From Candidatus Omnitrophota bacterium (lineage in GTDB: Bacteria > Omnitrophota > Gorgyraeia > Gygaellales > Profunditerraquicolaceae), in the NCBI GenBank assembly GCA_023819035.1, contig JAMWCL010000001.1, positions 66,441 through 130,440 of the forward strand: a stretch of 64,000 bases of DNA, given 5' to 3'. Every line of letters begins with the position of its first letter. The first letter of the stretch is position 1. A program made the translations under genes and the position numbers. Below are positions 9,730 to 20,114 of this stretch, one piece after another. The notes beneath the pieces were generated by a model that saw only the letters and a list, made by a program, of their open reading frames with translations, searched no databases and had not been told where the DNA came from.

Positions 9730-10614
9730 TTACTGCCAGCGTAATGGTTCATTTAGCCAGTCATCTGCTTTTACAACTTCAGAGTATGTCTTTTTTCCCC
9801 ATTTTACTCTGAACGTCTCATCGCTGGCTAAAGCACCTTTTTTGTTTAGATAATCAAGGAGGGCATAAATAGCTGCCACTGAGGCCTTAGTAGATTTCCA
9901 GACTGTTCCTTTACGGTTAAAAAGAAGCCATTGCACCATTCCGCGAATAAGTTTATCTTCAGGACGCAACTCCTGTAAAGTGCGCAAGAAAAAGGCATGT
10001 TTTTCAACGCTATCAGAATACCACACCCAAGAATATTTCTCGGGTGTCCAGTAAACACCAGCAATTGGATCCTCCCTAAATCCATCCATTGCCATATCCA
10101 ATATACTTTCAGCTTTCTTTTTGTCTCCTAAGCGAAGATAGGTAAAGCTAAGATAAGCCTTTCCCAATGGTGTCAGTGCATGGATATACCGTTCCAAAAA
10201 TACTACCCAAGACTTAGCTGCCTCATAGCCTTTTTTAGCTTGAGGAAATTCTTTTGGTGAATAGGAAGTTAAAACATATGCGGCATAAGAAACCAGAGAG
10301 AGTTCTCTCTCCTCTGCTTTTAAACTCAAAGGAATCTCTTTATTAACATATTCTAATGCTTTCTCGATTATATCCTTGGGCACCTCAACTCCATAACGCC
10401 TTGCTTCGGCTAATCCTGCAAGTACATAAAGAGTCATATAGGGATCAGGTTCTCCTCCTGGCCACCAGGGAAAGGCACCATTGGCAAGCTGGGCTGCTTT
10501 TAGTTTATTAAAGTTTATTTCTTTTTGCGCCTCAACTATCTTTGGATCAAGCAGATCAATTATTGGCCAAGGAGTAGGACGCCCTTCTGATTGCCAGACC
10601 CAAGGTGTCTCCAT
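9730..10614 (-). CDS. A2M-family gene, segment 3 (thioester-containing alpha/alpha toroid domain), ends at in-frame TAA
   Basis: 294 aa; NGAFPWWPGGEPDPYMTLYVLAGL is typical of the A2M/complement thioester domain. Confidence 0.55.
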   Translation of the reverse strand: METPWVWQSEGRPTPWPIIDLLDPKIVEAQKEINFNKLKAAQLANGAFPWWPGGEPDPYMTLYVLAGLAEARRYGVEVPKDIIEKALEYVNKEIPLSLKAEERELSLVSYAAYVLTSYSPKEFPQAKKGYEAAKSWVVFLERYIHALTPLGKAYLSFTYLRLGDKKKAESILDMAMDGFREDPIAGVYWTPEKYSWVWYSDSVEKHAFFLRTLQELRPEDKLIRGMVQWLLFNRKGTVWKSTKASVAAIYALLDYLNKKGALASDETFRVKWGKKTYSEVVKADDWLNEPLRWQ

Positions 10615-10626
10615 TAAAGTCGTCAG

Positions 10627-13600
10627 TCATCTAGGATCGTCTTTTTCCCAAGGTGGAGTGGGAGTTTTACGCTCAGGAATTTTACTCACTGCTTTCTGGA
10701 TTGCCGGATATTTTTTGTAGACCTCATTGATAATGCTTAAGGGCACATATTTATTCAATATTTGCTCAACACATTCATAAGGATACTCAATAAGAAATGG
10801 TATTGTATTCAATATACTTAAAGCAAGTTGCGGCTCAATTTGAAGCAACATTGACTCGTTAATTATGGTGGGATCATCTTTTAGAGAAATCTCTAATTTT
10901 TTTGATTCACTTCCTGACAATGAAACAAATGCAGATTCAATAAGCCTTTGTCTTGATGGAAGAATAGGTAGTTCTCTTTCCTCAGCATCAGAGAGTTTAT
11001 CGGTTACTGCTGCTACTTGCACCTTGTAAGTACTTACACCTTGGGGTATTTCGATCATCCAGTTAAAGGTGTTCAAGCTATGAGGTTCTATTTTAAAACT
11101 CTTTTTGTTGTCTTTGAGTTTTAAATTTTGATTAATATTTTCTTCGTTTTCAGTTATATCAATGAATAATTCTCCTTCAAGAAGCTGGTCTGATTCATTA
11201 TGCACAATCGCAGTTACTGTGCCTTTGTCTTTTTCTCGGAAGAAGCGTGGTAAGTCTAGCCGTACCATAAGGTCTTTTTTGGTAACCGCCTCTTCAGTTA
11301 AAGTGCCTTCTTTTACATCCTTAGTAAAGGCAAATAGTTTTATCCTCCAACTTGTTAGTTGCTCAGGAGCAATAAAGGAGAATGCACCTGTTCCATCTTT
11401 TTTTGTAACAATATGTGGCTTAAAAAAGGCAGTATCAGCAAATTCCTTTCTTGTCTCTACTTTTTTAGCCGCCTCTTCGTATTTGCCTAATTCAGCTCTA
11501 AATTCGGCTCTAACCTTTCTTACTTCCATGGGAGCAGGAGCAACTTCAACCAAAAACTCTCCTTCCTCACCCTCTACCCAAGTCTTCCAAATGCGCAGAC
11601 CAGGAAGATTGGGTTCTCTTGGCAGCTGGCGAAAGGCTTTAAGCAGTTTCTCAAGCAAACCTTCGGTAATAGGTAAATTTGCTGCATTTTGCTCCTGCAA
11701 AGCATAGGCCCAAGAAAGCGGTGTAGTTCTTAAAGCGTAAAGGCTATCCAACCAGGGATTGTGAGATTCTATGTAATATTCAAGGGAGCGGTCATACATC
11801 AGAGCAAGGACTTCAGATTTTACAGGCTGATTCTCTGCATCACTAATCTTTACTCCCCAGCTAACTTCTTCTCCGGGCTTTAACTCTTTATTAAAAGGTG
11901 TAAGAGCAACCTTTAGTCTCTTCTCTTTCCAAGGAACGGAGATTGTTGCCTGTCCATAAAGAACATCAAATTCTTTTACTCCGAACCAGCGTAAACTAAA
12001 GCCACCTTTCATCTTTTCTGTTACCGGAATTTCAATTAAGCGAACTTTTTGATTACCATCAATAAGTTGATGACTTAAGAGATGCTTTCCTGCCCAGAGT
12101 TCAATATTATATACTCCACTTCCTAATCCTGAACCAATAACAAATCTGGCTACATCTCCTATTTTGTATTCATCTTTTTCTACTAATGTAACCGAAGCAG
12201 CATTTACGGGAACTACTTCTTTTAAATTTTTTGCCACGACAAAGATTTTACTCTGTTCAACTTCTTTTCCCCATTTATCTTGAGATTTCAGAATAATTCT
12301 ATACGCACCTTGAGATAGAGATGGAATTTTTATTGTGCCTTTGCCTTCTTTATCGTGCTCAACTTTACCATTGGCTACCAATTTTTCATTTGGAACATCC
12401 TTTAATTGAACATCTAATGGTGGTATCCAATGCCAATATCCTCTGTAATCGTCTCCTAAATTTTTGGTAGGAGTATCAGCTAAAGTGAAAACTTCATAAC
12501 TACCTATCCCTGGTGCCGGAGTATCATTGATGGTTAGACATTTCGAATCAATCTCGATTTCCTCTTTTTCTAAGTAGAATCCCTTTTTCGGCTCAATGAC
12601 AAGATAAATGGAATTTTTTCCAGCTTTATAAGTCTCTTGTGCCTGGATAGTTCTTCCCCCAGAATCTCTGGCTTCAACCTCAACTATAAATTGGCTAATC
12701 TCAGGGATATTTCCTCCATAGGTTTGAGAAGGAGTAGGAGTAAAAGGAATAGCAAAATTATCTTGGCTATCGGTCTTGAGCTCACCAGTAGCAATCTCTT
12801 GGGCATACTCAGGGTATTCTCTAAACCAATAACGATAACACCAAGGAATATAAGTTTGCCGTTTAATGCGATATTTAATTGGTGCATCAGGGACTGGTCC
12901 TCCAAAATAATATGTAACCTTTCCTTCAATCTTTACTTGCTCATTATACTTCCAGGCTTCAACAGCAGGTTTTAGGACAATCTCAAATTCTGGTCTTTTA
13001 TATTCTTCCACAGAAAAATAAATACTTGAGCTATTTTCAAAAAGACCATCTTTACATCGAGCACTTAATCTGTATTCACCAAGTAATCTTCCTTTAGGTA
13101 TCTCAAAATTTATATCTGCACTACCAAATTCATTGAGTGAAACATCTTCAGTAAAAAACTCCTCATCATTTGGGTCATAAGCAGAGAAAGTTACAGATTG
13201 CTTATCGCCTAAAGTCCTAAATCCCTCAGACGTTCTCCAAACTATAACTACCTTTGCTTGCACCTTATCTTGCGGTCGGTATATCGGTCTATCTGTTTCG
13301 ATAAAGAGCTCTATTGGACTAGGAGAGGAGTAACTGAGATATTGACTGCGGCTCCAATAAGAAAAGGACTTTTTAGATTTAGCAAGAGGGTCCACATTAT
13401 AATGATTATAAGCACCAGGAGAAACACTAACTGGTAAGGATAAAGAAGTAAATCCTTCTTTATCGGTCTTAAGATTAAAATAATAATCTCTCTTTGAGGA
13501 TTGAGATAAATATGTCCAAACATCTAAGTCTACATTTCCTATAGGTTTTCCTGTTTTGGCATTTAAAGTATAGAAATGAAAACCTTCATCACTAATTTTG

Positions 13601-13869
13601 TTAAAACCTTTGCCCTCGATAAAATCATAATAAGCATCTTGTGTCTTGGTAGTAAATCCGGCTGTGCCAATAAGAACAAAATCAGTAACATTGAGAAAAC
13701 AAGCTGAAAGAAGGGAACTGCCTATTTTAAATGAATCATCTGCACAGGCTAAAACTAAATAAATTCCTGTCTCTAATTCTGGTGGACTTACTTTCTGGGT
13801 AATCGATGCATAATCACCAATATCACCAGTTTTGATATTCCATTCTTTATAAGGAGTCTTTTCTGACAA
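10627..13869 (-). CDS. A2M-family gene, segment 2 (MG domains through CxEQ thioester), ends at in-frame TGA
   Basis: 1080 aa. The ORF track's start is a TTG inside a continuous frame. A2M MG-domain motifs and CVEQ thioester site are present. Confidence 0.6.
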   Translation of the reverse strand: MSEKTPYKEWNIKTGDIGDYASITQKVSPPELETGIYLVLACADDSFKIGSSLLSACFLNVTDFVLIGTAGFTTKTQDAYYDFIEGKGFNKISDEGFHFYTLNAKTGKPIGNVDLDVWTYLSQSSKRDYYFNLKTDKEGFTSLSLPVSVSPGAYNHYNVDPLAKSKKSFSYWSRSQYLSYSSPSPIELFIETDRPIYRPQDKVQAKVVIVWRTSEGFRTLGDKQSVTFSAYDPNDEEFFTEDVSLNEFGSADINFEIPKGRLLGEYRLSARCKDGLFENSSSIYFSVEEYKRPEFEIVLKPAVEAWKYNEQVKIEGKVTYYFGGPVPDAPIKYRIKRQTYIPWCYRYWFREYPEYAQEIATGELKTDSQDNFAIPFTPTPSQTYGGNIPEISQFIVEVEARDSGGRTIQAQETYKAGKNSIYLVIEPKKGFYLEKEEIEIDSKCLTINDTPAPGIGSYEVFTLADTPTKNLGDDYRGYWHWIPPLDVQLKDVPNEKLVANGKVEHDKEGKGTIKIPSLSQGAYRIILKSQDKWGKEVEQSKIFVVAKNLKEVVPVNAASVTLVEKDEYKIGDVARFVIGSGLGSGVYNIELWAGKHLLSHQLIDGNQKVRLIEIPVTEKMKGGFSLRWFGVKEFDVLYGQATISVPWKEKRLKVALTPFNKELKPGEEVSWGVKISDAENQPVKSEVLALMYDRSLEYYIESHNPWLDSLYALRTTPLSWAYALQEQNAANLPITEGLLEKLLKAFRQLPREPNLPGLRIWKTWVEGEEGEFLVEVAPAPMEVRKVRAEFRAELGKYEEAAKKVETRKEFADTAFFKPHIVTKKDGTGAFSFIAPEQLTSWRIKLFAFTKDVKEGTLTEEAVTKKDLMVRLDLPRFFREKDKGTVTAIVHNESDQLLEGELFIDITENEENINQNLKLKDNKKSFKIEPHSLNTFNWMIEIPQGVSTYKVQVAAVTDKLSDAEERELPILPSRQRLIESAFVSLSGSESKKLEISLKDDPTIINESMLLQIEPQLALSILNTIPFLIEYPYECVEQILNKYVPLSIINEVYKKYPAIQKAVSKIPERKTPTPPWEKDDPR

Positions 13870-13935
13870 ATATGATTTAAGCCAGGAATTTGCCCCATAC
13901 CAATTGAGGTTAAATATATTAGACCAGCCTTCAAA

Positions 13936-15192
13936 TCACTCATAAGCACTACCGTATTCTTTCGCCCGGAAACTAATAAATTCGTCTTTAAGCTCTTCAG
14001 GGGTTACCTGGTAAATACGGAAATAGACTGACTTAAGATTCTTTGTCGTGATAGTAAAGGCATCATTAGCAGGAGGCATAACCGTTTTTGCTTTAAGACT
14101 AAGTTGAGGTATCTGGATCTTTAAACGTAGAGCCTCAGCATAACGACTTCCATGAGTACCCGGAAAATCCCTTTCTATTTTCTCACATAATCTTACCGCC
14201 TCAGCTAACTTGTTAGCATCCTTCAATATTACCGCAGTCTCATAGCCTGCTTCTGCTTTAGCTTCGCTTGTTTTAAATTTTTCCATCCATTTAAGAAGAA
14301 TATTCTTAGCGCGTTCTTTGTATTCCTGCAAATCTTTATCCTCATATAAAGTTTTATCTTCAGTTAACTCTCTTAAATCAAATAAATTGGGATATTTTAA
14401 AGGAAGCAAAATTCGTTTTATCTTCCACCTTTCAGCTGCTTCAAAACGGCCTTTTTGGCTAAATCTGTTTGCTTCTTCCAAAAGTTGCGCTGCAGTTAAT
14501 GCCGGCGAATCATCTAAATTAACTGACTGTTTAAATTCTTCAACTAAAAGTAAGTCTGCCTTAGGTTTAAATGCCCCTTCACTTAAATTTGGAGCCTCTA
14601 CATTTAACAGAAAATTAGTCCAGCTTAAAATCAAATAATCAAACAGGGTAGGATACATGCCAAAATCAATATCTTTAATATCAAGAAAATATTCTTCCTT
14701 TCTTATATCCATCATTACAAGTTCATTTCGCAATTCCCAAAGCTGTTTGTAAGCTTTTCTAATTTCACCTTTTATCTCATCAGGGGTTAAGCGGAAAACA
14801 CTACCCTCCTCCCCATCTATGACATTACCTCTTAGGAGAGATGAATACCGCATTAAAAAATTCCTAAGTATCTCGGCTTTAAGAATTAGGATATGTGCAC
14901 GATGTGGCATTGTTTGGGGCACAGGTGTAGAAATCAATTTTTCTGCTGCTTCCCCATAGCGGAAAAGATGGATCAAAGACTCGCAGATTCTAAAAAATGC
15001 CTTCCAGCGTATCTCAGTATCAGTAGCCTCCTTATTAAATACCAGTTCATACTCCTTCAACGCTTCCTGAAATATCCCTTTATCAAACAATTCATCGGCC
15101 TTTTTTATGTCAGAAGCCAAACTAATTTCCTTAAGCAAAAGACCTAAAAATAATCCTAGCATAACATATTTACAAATTTTTCTCATCGGCAC
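13936..15192 (-). CDS. A2M-family gene, segment 1 (signal peptide plus helical N-terminal region), ends at in-frame TGA
   Basis: 418 aa. N-terminal signal peptide MRKICKYVMLGLFLGLLL. The likely true start is the internal ATG (MRK...), which has an AAAGAG Shine-Dalgarno. In frame with the next segment. Confidence 0.5.
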   Translation of the reverse strand: MPMRKICKYVMLGLFLGLLLKEISLASDIKKADELFDKGIFQEALKEYELVFNKEATDTEIRWKAFFRICESLIHLFRYGEAAEKLISTPVPQTMPHRAHILILKAEILRNFLMRYSSLLRGNVIDGEEGSVFRLTPDEIKGEIRKAYKQLWELRNELVMMDIRKEEYFLDIKDIDFGMYPTLFDYLILSWTNFLLNVEAPNLSEGAFKPKADLLLVEEFKQSVNLDDSPALTAAQLLEEANRFSQKGRFEAAERWKIKRILLPLKYPNLFDLRELTEDKTLYEDKDLQEYKERAKNILLKWMEKFKTSEAKAEAGYETAVILKDANKLAEAVRLCEKIERDFPGTHGSRYAEALRLKIQIPQLSLKAKTVMPPANDAFTITTKNLKSVYFRIYQVTPEELKDEFISFRAKEYGSAYE

Positions 15193-15227
15193 TCTTTTAT
15201 AGGGAATTGCTACTATCTAATTTTTAA

Positions 15228-16232
15228 CTAAAAAGGGGGTGTGGGATATTCTTCTTCTATCTCACCAACGATCTCTTCCAAAAGATCCTCTAAGGTGACC
15301 AAACCCAAGGTTTTCTTATTTTCATCTACTACAATCGCAATCTGGATCTTTTTTAGTTGAAATTCTTTTAAAAGCTCATTAACCCGCATCTTGTAGGACG
15401 CATAGTAAGCTGGACGCACAAGGTCAGAGGTTAAAAATAAGTTCTTATCCCTTATGGTATAAAGGAGATCGCGGGCATAGATTATACCTACAATATTATC
15501 AATAGACTCTTCGTATACCGGTAAGCGCGCATGCCCTTCCTCCACAAAGATATCTAGTAGTTGTTGAGGTACCACTTTTATATTTACCGCAATCATCCTT
15601 TCCTTAGGTACCATCACATCCACTACCCTTGTATCCCCAAATTCAAAGATGCGATGAAGCATTCTTCTTGCTTCCTCACTTAAAACACCCTCTTCCTTAC
15701 CCACCTCAATCATTGTCCTTAATTCTTCTTCGGTTATAAGCGGAGACCTCTTTACCGGACCGATCCTTAATATTTTTAAAATAAAATTACCGGTTGAGGT
15801 GAAAATAAAGATAAAGGGATAAAATAACTGGATAAATCTTTCCATAAAAGGAGCGGTAAAAACAGCAATCTTTTCTGTATGCTTGGTAGCTAATATCTTA
15901 GGGGTTATCTCACACATAATAAGCACAAAAAAGGTTGAACTAAACGTAGCAATAACTACACCCCAATGATAACCAAACCACCTTACAAATATTGCGGTTA
16001 CAATTGCAGAGATAGCGATATTTACAAAGTCATTACCGATTAATATAGCAGCGATAAATCTATCCAGTTTAGTAAGTAAATGCTGAATCGAATAAGCCTT
16101 CTTTATCCCTTTATCAATCATATGCCTTAGCTTTATTTTACTTAAACCAATTATCGCGGTTTCCGAAGCTGAAAAGAAAAATGAGAAAATAGATAAGATA
16201 AATAAAAGTATTAATAAGGCTAAGATATTCAT
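15228..16232 (-). CDS. CNNM/HlyC-CorC family membrane transporter (DUF21 + CBS pair + CorC_HlyC domain)
   Basis: 334 aa; N-terminal TM helices, CBS-pair region, C-terminal transporter-associated domain. Confidence 0.75.
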   Translation of the reverse strand: MNILALLILLFILSIFSFFFSASETAIIGLSKIKLRHMIDKGIKKAYSIQHLLTKLDRFIAAILIGNDFVNIAISAIVTAIFVRWFGYHWGVVIATFSSTFFVLIMCEITPKILATKHTEKIAVFTAPFMERFIQLFYPFIFIFTSTGNFILKILRIGPVKRSPLITEEELRTMIEVGKEEGVLSEEARRMLHRIFEFGDTRVVDVMVPKERMIAVNIKVVPQQLLDIFVEEGHARLPVYEESIDNIVGIIYARDLLYTIRDKNLFLTSDLVRPAYYASYKMRVNELLKEFQLKKIQIAIVVDENKKTLGLVTLEDLLEEIVGEIEEEYPTPPF

Positions 16233-16241
16233 TATTTAATT

Positions 16242-17516
16242 TTAAAAAGAGAGTTTCTTAAGAATCTCTTCCTCTTTATCCTTTAAAGGCCCGATAAGAG
16301 CAAGTTTCAGTCTTTCCTGTTTAAAGAGAAGCTTAGCCACCTCTCTTATCTGCTGGGGTGTGATTTTTTCTAACTGCTTAACTGTATCTTCGAAAGTATA
16401 TATCCTATCCAAGGTAGTAAGCATCTCACCTACCCAGAGCATATTATCTAAGGTATCTTCCAGGGTAAGCATTAATTGTCCGAGGTAGAACTCTTTTGCC
16501 CGCTTAAATTCATTATCGCTTACCAGGCTTTCTTTTATCTTCTTTAACTCTTTTAAGATTAATTCTATCGCCTGTATTACCTTCTGGTTATCAACCCCTG
16601 CATGCACAACGAATGCTCCCGTATCGTAGAAACGCTTTAATTGTGTACCAATCTCATAAGCCAAGCCTCTTTTTTCTCTTAATTCATTAAAGAGACGACT
16701 GGACATATTGGCTCCTAAGATAATATGCAATAAAGATAAAGCATATCTCAAAGGATGGTTTCTTTTTAAACCATAAAATCCTAATGCTAAATGCGTCTGT
16801 TCTGTTTCTTTGGGAAGTAATTTTAATCTAGGTTCATTAAGGTTTTGGTCTGCTTTTTTAAAAGTACTATTTTTACCCGCAATAAAAAAGGAAAATCTTT
16901 CCTCTACCATCTTTATAAATTTATCTTGGTTAAGATTGCCCACCGCACTTACTGTAATATTTTTAGGATTATAATAATCATTCTTAAAGCGGAGGAGATC
17001 TTTTCTTTGTATTCTGGTTACTGACTCCATAGTCCCTACTACGGGCATACCTAAGGGATGCCTTGGCCAAAGTAACTCATTTAAAAGTTCATGCACATAA
17101 AGCTGGGGTAGATCCTTATACATCTTTATCTCTTCTAATATCACGGTTCTTTCCTTTTCAATATCCTGGGGTTCTAAAAGAGCATCTATAACCATATCAG
17201 AAAGGATATCCAGGGCAGTCTTTATATAATCTGAGGGTAACCTAACCAGATAACAGGTTAATTCTTCAGAGGTAAATCCATTTAAAGAGCCACCTACACC
17301 CTCAATTGATTCTTTAATTCTTTGACAAGAATATTTTTTTGTACCTTTAAAAGCGAGATGTTCGAAGAAATGGGAGATACCCTTAAACCCTGCTTCTTCA
17401 TACCTTCCGCCCACCTTTATCCAGATACCTAAAGCCACTGATTTCATGGCGGGCATATTAGAAGTAACAATCCTTAAATGGTTATTTAATGTTGTTATTA
17501 TATATTCCTGCTTCAT
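16242..17516 (-). CDS. M16 family (pitrilysin-like) zinc peptidase
   Basis: 424 aa; inverted zinc-binding motif HFFEHLAFKG (HxxEH). Confidence 0.75.
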   Translation of the reverse strand: MKQEYIITTLNNHLRIVTSNMPAMKSVALGIWIKVGGRYEEAGFKGISHFFEHLAFKGTKKYSCQRIKESIEGVGGSLNGFTSEELTCYLVRLPSDYIKTALDILSDMVIDALLEPQDIEKERTVILEEIKMYKDLPQLYVHELLNELLWPRHPLGMPVVGTMESVTRIQRKDLLRFKNDYYNPKNITVSAVGNLNQDKFIKMVEERFSFFIAGKNSTFKKADQNLNEPRLKLLPKETEQTHLALGFYGLKRNHPLRYALSLLHIILGANMSSRLFNELREKRGLAYEIGTQLKRFYDTGAFVVHAGVDNQKVIQAIELILKELKKIKESLVSDNEFKRAKEFYLGQLMLTLEDTLDNMLWVGEMLTTLDRIYTFEDTVKQLEKITPQQIREVAKLLFKQERLKLALIGPLKDKEEEILKKLSF

Positions 17517-18301
17517 CTTCCTTTAAGAGTCTCAACAAATTTAATAACCTTTTTGAGTAAATATTTTTTATCAAGGTTGTCCTTAATCTTTTTGATAATT
17601 GCACTGCCCACAATTACCCCGTCAGCAAATTGATATATTTGTTTAACCTGCGAAGGATTAGAGATACCAAAACCTACACATACGGGTTTAGAGGTATATC
17701 TCTTAATTAATCTTAGATTTTTAATCAAATCTGAAGCTAAGATATTCCGCGGTCCGGTAACCCCGGTTAAAGAAATATAATAGATAAATCCCTTTGCTAA
17801 TCTTAGAATAAATCTTAGGCGCTTTAGGGTAGTGGTAGGAGCAACAAAAAGTATGGTATCTAAGCCTTCTTTCTCCGCTTCTCTGATAAAAGCTCTACCC
17901 TCCTCAACAGGAAGGTCAGGGACAATTAAACCATCTACCCCGCACTGTCTTGCTTTTTTAAAGAACCTCTTTTGTCCAAAGCAGAATATAGGATTGTAAT
18001 AGGACATAAGACAGATAGGAATCTGGATATCTCTGCGCACCCTTTTTACTAAATCTAATATATTGTTAAGATTAGTTTTTTTCTTTAAAGCAATTTCAGA
18101 AGCTTCTTGAATTATCGGACCATCCGCTAAAGGATCAGAAAAAGGAACCCCTAACTCTAAGATATCCACCCCTATCCTATCGAATTCAAAGATCAATCTT
18201 TTGGTTAATTTTAAATCCGGATAGCCTGCAGTAATAAAAACAATAAAAGCCTTTTTGCCCTTTCTTTTTAACTCTCTAAACTTAACCTCTATCCTGTTCA
18301 T
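17513..18301 (-). CDS. trpA: tryptophan synthase alpha chain
   Basis: 262 aa; TrpA TIM-barrel motifs (GVDILELGVPFSDPLADGP). Confidence 0.85.
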   Translation of the reverse strand: MNRIEVKFRELKRKGKKAFIVFITAGYPDLKLTKRLIFEFDRIGVDILELGVPFSDPLADGPIIQEASEIALKKKTNLNNILDLVKRVRRDIQIPICLMSYYNPIFCFGQKRFFKKARQCGVDGLIVPDLPVEEGRAFIREAEKEGLDTILFVAPTTTLKRLRFILRLAKGFIYYISLTGVTGPRNILASDLIKNLRLIKRYTSKPVCVGFGISNPSQVKQIYQFADGVIVGSAIIKKIKDNLDKKYLLKKVIKFVETLKGR

Positions 18302-19479
18302 TATAATCTTAATTTATTGGCTACAATATAGGTATCCTTATCTCCCCTTCCAGAAAGACAGACAACAATAACAGAATCTTTTTTTATTCTTTTGCTAAGT
18401 ATCTTTAAATAATATATCGCATGTGCTGGCTCAAGGGCAGGGATTATTCCTTCGGTCTGGGAAAGTAATCTAAAACCTTCTAATGCCTGCTGATCATTCA
18501 CTGCGACATAACTTGCCCTACCAATCCTTTTATAGTAAGCATGCTCTGGACCTACCCCCGGATAATCTAAGCCAGCAGCGATAGAATGGGCTGTCTTAAT
18601 CTGACCAAATCTATCTTCTAAAAGATCAGATTTTGAACCATGTAAGATCCCCGGTCTTCCTGCCACTAATGTAGCAGCATGCCTTCCTGAACTTAATCCT
18701 AATCCGGCAGCTTCTACCCCAATGAATTTTACCTCTTTATCTTTAAAAAAAGGATAAAAAAGCCCCATGGCATTACTGCCTCCCCCTACACAAGCAATCA
18801 GATAATCAGGAAGCCTTTTTTCTTTTTCTAAGATTTGTTTTTTTGTTTCTTTACCAATTACCGATTGAAAGTCCCTGACTATCATCGGATAAGGATGGGG
18901 GCCTGCTACACTTCCGATAATATAATGGGTAGTGACTACATTAGTAACCCAGTCACGAATCGCCTCATTCATGGCATCCTTTAAAGTCTTTGAGCCTGTA
19001 TTTACCGCTAAAACATTCGCTCCTAACAATCTCATCCTGAAGACATTAAGTCTTTGGCGCTCAATGTCGTGCGCACCCATATAGATATCGCATCTTAAAC
19101 CAAAAAGGGCAGATACCGTAGCGGTAGCTACACCATGCTGACCTGCTCCAGTCTCAGCAATGATGCGCGATTTTTTCATCCTTAAAGCCAAAAGAACCTG
19201 ACCTAAGGTATTATTTATTTTATGGGCGCCGGTATGAAGTAAATCCTCCCTTTTAAGATATACCCTCACCCCCAAGTATCTACTTAAATTTTTTGCAAAA
19301 TATAAGGGTGTCGGCCTTCCCGCATATTCTTTAAGATAATAATTAAGCTCCTGAATAAATCCTTTATCACGTCTTGCCTTTTTATATTCTTTCTCTAATT
19401 CCTCTAAAGCATACATTAATGTCTCAGGAACGAATCTTCCCCCAAATTCACCAAAATGACCTTTCTTATCCGGTAACAT
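18301..19479 (-). CDS. trpB: tryptophan synthase beta chain
   Basis: 392 aa; PLP-lysine region [17 protein letters not shown]. Confidence 0.9.
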   Translation of the reverse strand: MLPDKKGHFGEFGGRFVPETLMYALEELEKEYKKARRDKGFIQELNYYLKEYAGRPTPLYFAKNLSRYLGVRVYLKREDLLHTGAHKINNTLGQVLLALRMKKSRIIAETGAGQHGVATATVSALFGLRCDIYMGAHDIERQRLNVFRMRLLGANVLAVNTGSKTLKDAMNEAIRDWVTNVVTTHYIIGSVAGPHPYPMIVRDFQSVIGKETKKQILEKEKRLPDYLIACVGGGSNAMGLFYPFFKDKEVKFIGVEAAGLGLSSGRHAATLVAGRPGILHGSKSDLLEDRFGQIKTAHSIAAGLDYPGVGPEHAYYKRIGRASYVAVNDQQALEGFRLLSQTEGIIPALEPAHAIYYLKILSKRIKKDSVIVVCLSGRGDKDTYIVANKLRL

Positions 19480-19487
19480 AAAAACCC

Positions 19488-20114
19488 TTATATTTTAATT
19501 GCCTTTACTGCCTTTATGAATCTTATAATCTTATGCGGATCTTTCTTGCCTGGCTTTATCTCTAAAGAACTTGAGACATCTACCCAGTCAGGTCTAATAA
19601 GCTTTATTGCTTCTTTTACATTTCTTAGATCTAAGCCTCCCGATAAAAAGATAGGTTTTCTAATCTTGTCTCTAATTGCCTTTAATAAATCCCAATTAAA
19701 ATGCTTACCCGTTCCTCCCGATTTAGATTTTACAAAGGTATCAAATAGGTAGGCAGAGGTATTATAACTTAAGATCTCCGATAAATCTATGCGGTCTTTT
19801 ATCCTAAATGCCTTAATCACCGGATAATCTTTAAATTGCTGGCAAAACCGGGGAGATTCATCTCCATGAAACTGCAGGAGATCAAGCTTGCAAATCCTGG
19901 CAATATCCTTTATTATCTTTTCTTTGGCATTTACAAATACCCCAATCTTTTTAATCTTTTTAGGTAGGTTTCTAATTATCTGCTTTGCCCTTTGGGCAGA
20001 GATATAACGTGGGCTCTTTTTATAGAAGATAAATCCTAAGGCATGGCAACCCGCATTAATTGAGGTTAAGGCATCCGATAAATTAGTTATTCCACATATC
20101 TTTATCTTTACCAT
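19488..20114 (-). CDS. trpF: phosphoribosylanthranilate isomerase
   Basis: 208 aa; [10 protein letters not shown]... typical TrpF start. Confidence 0.8.
   Translation of the reverse strand: MVKIKICGITNLSDALTSINAGCHALGFIFYKKSPRYISAQRAKQIIRNLPKKIKKIGVFVNAKEKIIKDIARICKLDLLQFHGDESPRFCQQFKDYPVIKAFRIKDRIDLSEILSYNTSAYLFDTFVKSKSGGTGKHFNWDLLKAIRDKIRKPIFLSGGLDLRNVKEAIKLIRPDWVDVSSSLEIKPGKKDPHKIIRFIKAVKAIKI

Larger units (their letters stand above)
9181..15192 (-). pseudogene. alpha-2-macroglobulin (A2M)-family gene, about 2000 codons, interrupted by three in-frame stop codons (TGA 13938..13936, TGA 10629..10627, TAA 9732..9730) and no frameshift
   Basis: The four consecutive ORFs (13936..15192, 10627..13869, 9730..10614, 9181..9705) are all in one reading frame, checked codon by codon across each junction. 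Domain order is continuous: signal peptide and helical region; MG domains (TDRPIYRPQDKV, YKRPEFEI); FFKPHIVT..SWRIKLFAF; thioester motif YPYECVEQ (CxEQ); thioester-domain alpha/alpha toroid (NGAFPWWPGG); receptor-binding-like C-terminal domain. Confidence 0.6.

Noticed and set aside
11162-11707. 181-aa + strand ORF (Ser-rich, low complexity)
   Set aside because: It is antisense to the well-supported A2M coding region. Its composition is typical of shadow ORFs opposite AT-rich coding sequence, and it has no recognisable motif.
12684-12929. 81-aa minus-strand ORF with a poly-Leu run
   Set aside because: It is in an alternative frame inside the A2M coding sequence and is low complexity, so it is spurious.
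9181-15192. Alternative genetic code (TGA as a sense codon, or selenocysteine) to explain the in-frame stops in the A2M gene
   Set aside because: One of the three internal stops is TAA. TGA clearly terminates intact genes in the same window (for example trpA at 17513..17515). No SECIS-like context was seen, and A2M proteins are not selenoproteins.
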